This document shows, in pieces, positions 33,655-35,283 of a stretch of 35,283 bases of DNA; within the stretch, counting starts at the first letter, position 1; every line of letters starts with the position of its first letter. A model generated the notes under the pieces. The model did not search any database, was not told where the DNA came from, and was given only the letters and a program-made list of their open reading frames with translations. Made by a program: the position numbers and the translations under genes. Source of the DNA: a virus (Duplodnaviria; Caudoviricetes); the IMG/VR virus record IMGVR_UViG_3300025084_001960, positions 1 through 35,283 of that record. One strand, written 5' to 3'.

Positions 33655-35226
33655 ATGGCACAAACCATTAAAATCAAAAGAAGTAGTAGTACCGCCGCTC
33701 CAACTTCACTAGGTGCTGGTGAGTTAGCGTATTCGTCTAATTCTAAAAAGCTCTTTGTAGGACACCCAAGTTCTTCAGCAGTAACAACAATAGGTGGAGA
33801 CTTATTTGTTGAAATGCTTGACCATACAGCTGGTACACTTACAGCAAGTTCAGCTATAGTAGTTGATACCTCTAGTAAAATAGATCAGTTAAAAACTGGA
33901 AATATTGTAGTTACAGGTTCAAATAATACTATTAGTACAGCATCAGGCAACTTAACTATTAAACCAGCAGGTTCATTAATAGTACAACATGGCGGAACAG
34001 TAAGTTTAGCTAATCAAGCAACCTCTCTAACTATACAAGATAATGAAGCAGCAGCTTTAGACATAAATGAAGGCGGAACTTCTTATGTTAAATTTATCAC
34101 AACTAATGGTTCAGAAGAAGTAGAGATTGGGAAAAATGTAGACTTGAATGGAGACTTAGATGTTTCAGGAGCAGCAACTTTAGGTTCTGCAGCAGTCACA
34201 GGAAACTTAGTAGTAAACACAGACAAATTCACAGTAGCAAGTGGTACAGGTAATACATTAGTAGCAGGTACTTTAGATGTAACTGGAAATACAACTTTAA
34301 CAGGTAATTTAGAAGTTGACGGTTCAACACAATTAGATGGAAACGTTACTTTAGGAAATGCTAGTGGAGACACAGTAACAGTTACAGGAACTGCAACATT
34401 CACAGAGTCAGCAGACTTTGATGGAGGCTTTACAGTAGCTGGATCACAGACAGTCAATATGGGCGGTAACAAAGTTACTAATATTGGTACTCCAGTACAA
34501 GCAACAGATGCTACAACTAAAGCATATGTTGATGCAGTAAAACAAGCACTTGACATTAAAGATTCAGTAAGAGTAGCTACAACAGCTAACTTATCAACAG
34601 CATATAACAATGGTACTAGTGGTGTCGGAGCGACACTAACCGCAGACGGAAATGGGGCTGTAACAATAGACAGCGTTGCATTAACTTCTGGAGATAGAGT
34701 ACTTGTTAAGAATCAAACAACAGGAACAGAAAACGGTATCTATAAAGTAACCACAGTAGGTGATGTTGGAAACCCATACGTTCTTACTAGAACATTAGAC
34801 GCAGATAGTTCAGGAGATGTTACTGGAGGTATGTTTACCTTTGTAGAAGAAGGATCAGCAGCAGATGCAGGTTTTGTACTTTCAAATGTAACAGGTTCAG
34901 CAACAATTGGAACAACTACGTTAACATTCACGCAGTTCTCTGGAGCGGGTTCAGTCACCGCAGGTTCAGGACTTGCCAAATCAGGTAATACTCTTTCAGT
35001 CAATGTAGATGATACTACAATCGAAATCAACTCAGACACATTAAGATTAAAAGGAGTAAGCTCATTACCAGAAGGCGTATTACTATACGGAGCAAATGGA
35101 GGATCTTCTTTTGCTTCTTTATCAATAGGTACATATGACAGCACAAATAGTGTTGGACAGGTTCTTCAAGTAGGAGCAAACGGAACAATAGTATGGACAA
35201 ACACTTTAGACGGAGGTACCTTCTAA
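33655..35226 (+). CDS. Tail fibre protein
   Basis: N-terminal IKIKRSS..AAPTSL..GELAYS, Gly/Thr/Val beta repeats, DATTKAYVD, KDSVRVATT, GDRVLVKNQ...NGIY, C-terminal LDGGTF. Confidence 0.85.
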   Translation: MAQTIKIKRSSSTAAPTSLGAGELAYSSNSKKLFVGHPSSSAVTTIGGDLFVEMLDHTAGTLTASSAIVVDTSSKIDQLKTGNIVVTGSNNTISTASGNLTIKPAGSLIVQHGGTVSLANQATSLTIQDNEAAALDINEGGTSYVKFITTNGSEEVEIGKNVDLNGDLDVSGAATLGSAAVTGNLVVNTDKFTVASGTGNTLVAGTLDVTGNTTLTGNLEVDGSTQLDGNVTLGNASGDTVTVTGTATFTESADFDGGFTVAGSQTVNMGGNKVTNIGTPVQATDATTKAYVDAVKQALDIKDSVRVATTANLSTAYNNGTSGVGATLTADGNGAVTIDSVALTSGDRVLVKNQTTGTENGIYKVTTVGDVGNPYVLTRTLDADSSGDVTGGMFTFVEEGSAADAGFVLSNVTGSATIGTTTLTFTQFSGAGSVTAGSGLAKSGNTLSVNVDDTTIEINSDTLRLKGVSSLPEGVLLYGANGGSSFASLSIGTYDSTNSVGQVLQVGANGTIVWTNTLDGGTF

Positions 35227-35229
35227 GAA

Positions 35230-35283
35230 ATGTCCCACGTAATAAAAGTCAAAAGGTCGGAAACAGCGAGTGCCACCCCAGAT
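35230..35283 (+). CDS. 3'-truncated CDS: next fibre-like protein
   Basis: ATG 35230, MSHVIKVKRSETASATPD..., the same IKxKRS N-terminus as 33655. Confidence 0.65.
   Translation, partial: MSHVIKVKRSETASATPD

Noticed and set aside
148-35144. All minus-strand ORFs in the track, and the nested plus-strand ORFs 1230-1466 and 10185-10373
   Set aside because: They lie inside well-supported plus-strand genes, have no recognisable motifs, and look like antisense or alternate-frame shadows of biased codon usage.
1-35283. tRNA, rRNA, CRISPR array, integrase or transposase
   Set aside because: None noticed by eye. The 16S-complementary 11-mer is too short to be an rRNA fragment. A tRNAscan/cmscan run would be needed to exclude RNA genes formally.

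Overview
A 35-kb segment of a tailed dsDNA phage genome. It is AT-rich, uses the standard genetic code, and all credible genes are on the + strand. The gene families suggest an aquatic T5-like siphovirus (inference). (1) 1-2607: the end of an envelope-signalling operon: an acidic FecR-type C-terminus, a membrane protein and a CHASE2-class III adenylate cyclase. (2) 2611-6509: a consensus sigma70 promoter driving small genes: a methyltransferase, a Cys-rich protein, membrane peptides, five or six extremely basic proteins (one with an AT-hook), and a densely base-paired ~730-nt region (4050-4781) that overlaps a 212-aa ORF and begins with an orphan 11-nt complement of the 16S rRNA 3' end. (3) 6506-20251: T5-like packaging, head, neck and tube genes: TerL, HNH, portal, a fused protease-scaffold-major capsid protein with an internal start, head and tail completion, terminator, tube, a frameshifted chaperone pair and tape measure. 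(4) 20253-30228: a lambda-like tail tip (gpM/L/K/I and a 2484-aa gpJ). (5) 30228-35283: three paralogous tip-associated proteins, then a separately promoted side-fibre module. The strongest candidates for new biology are the structured RNA plus basic-protein cluster, and the phage cAMP module with a CRP-like palindrome on the next promoter. All family assignments come from motif recognition by eye; no searches or folding programs were run.
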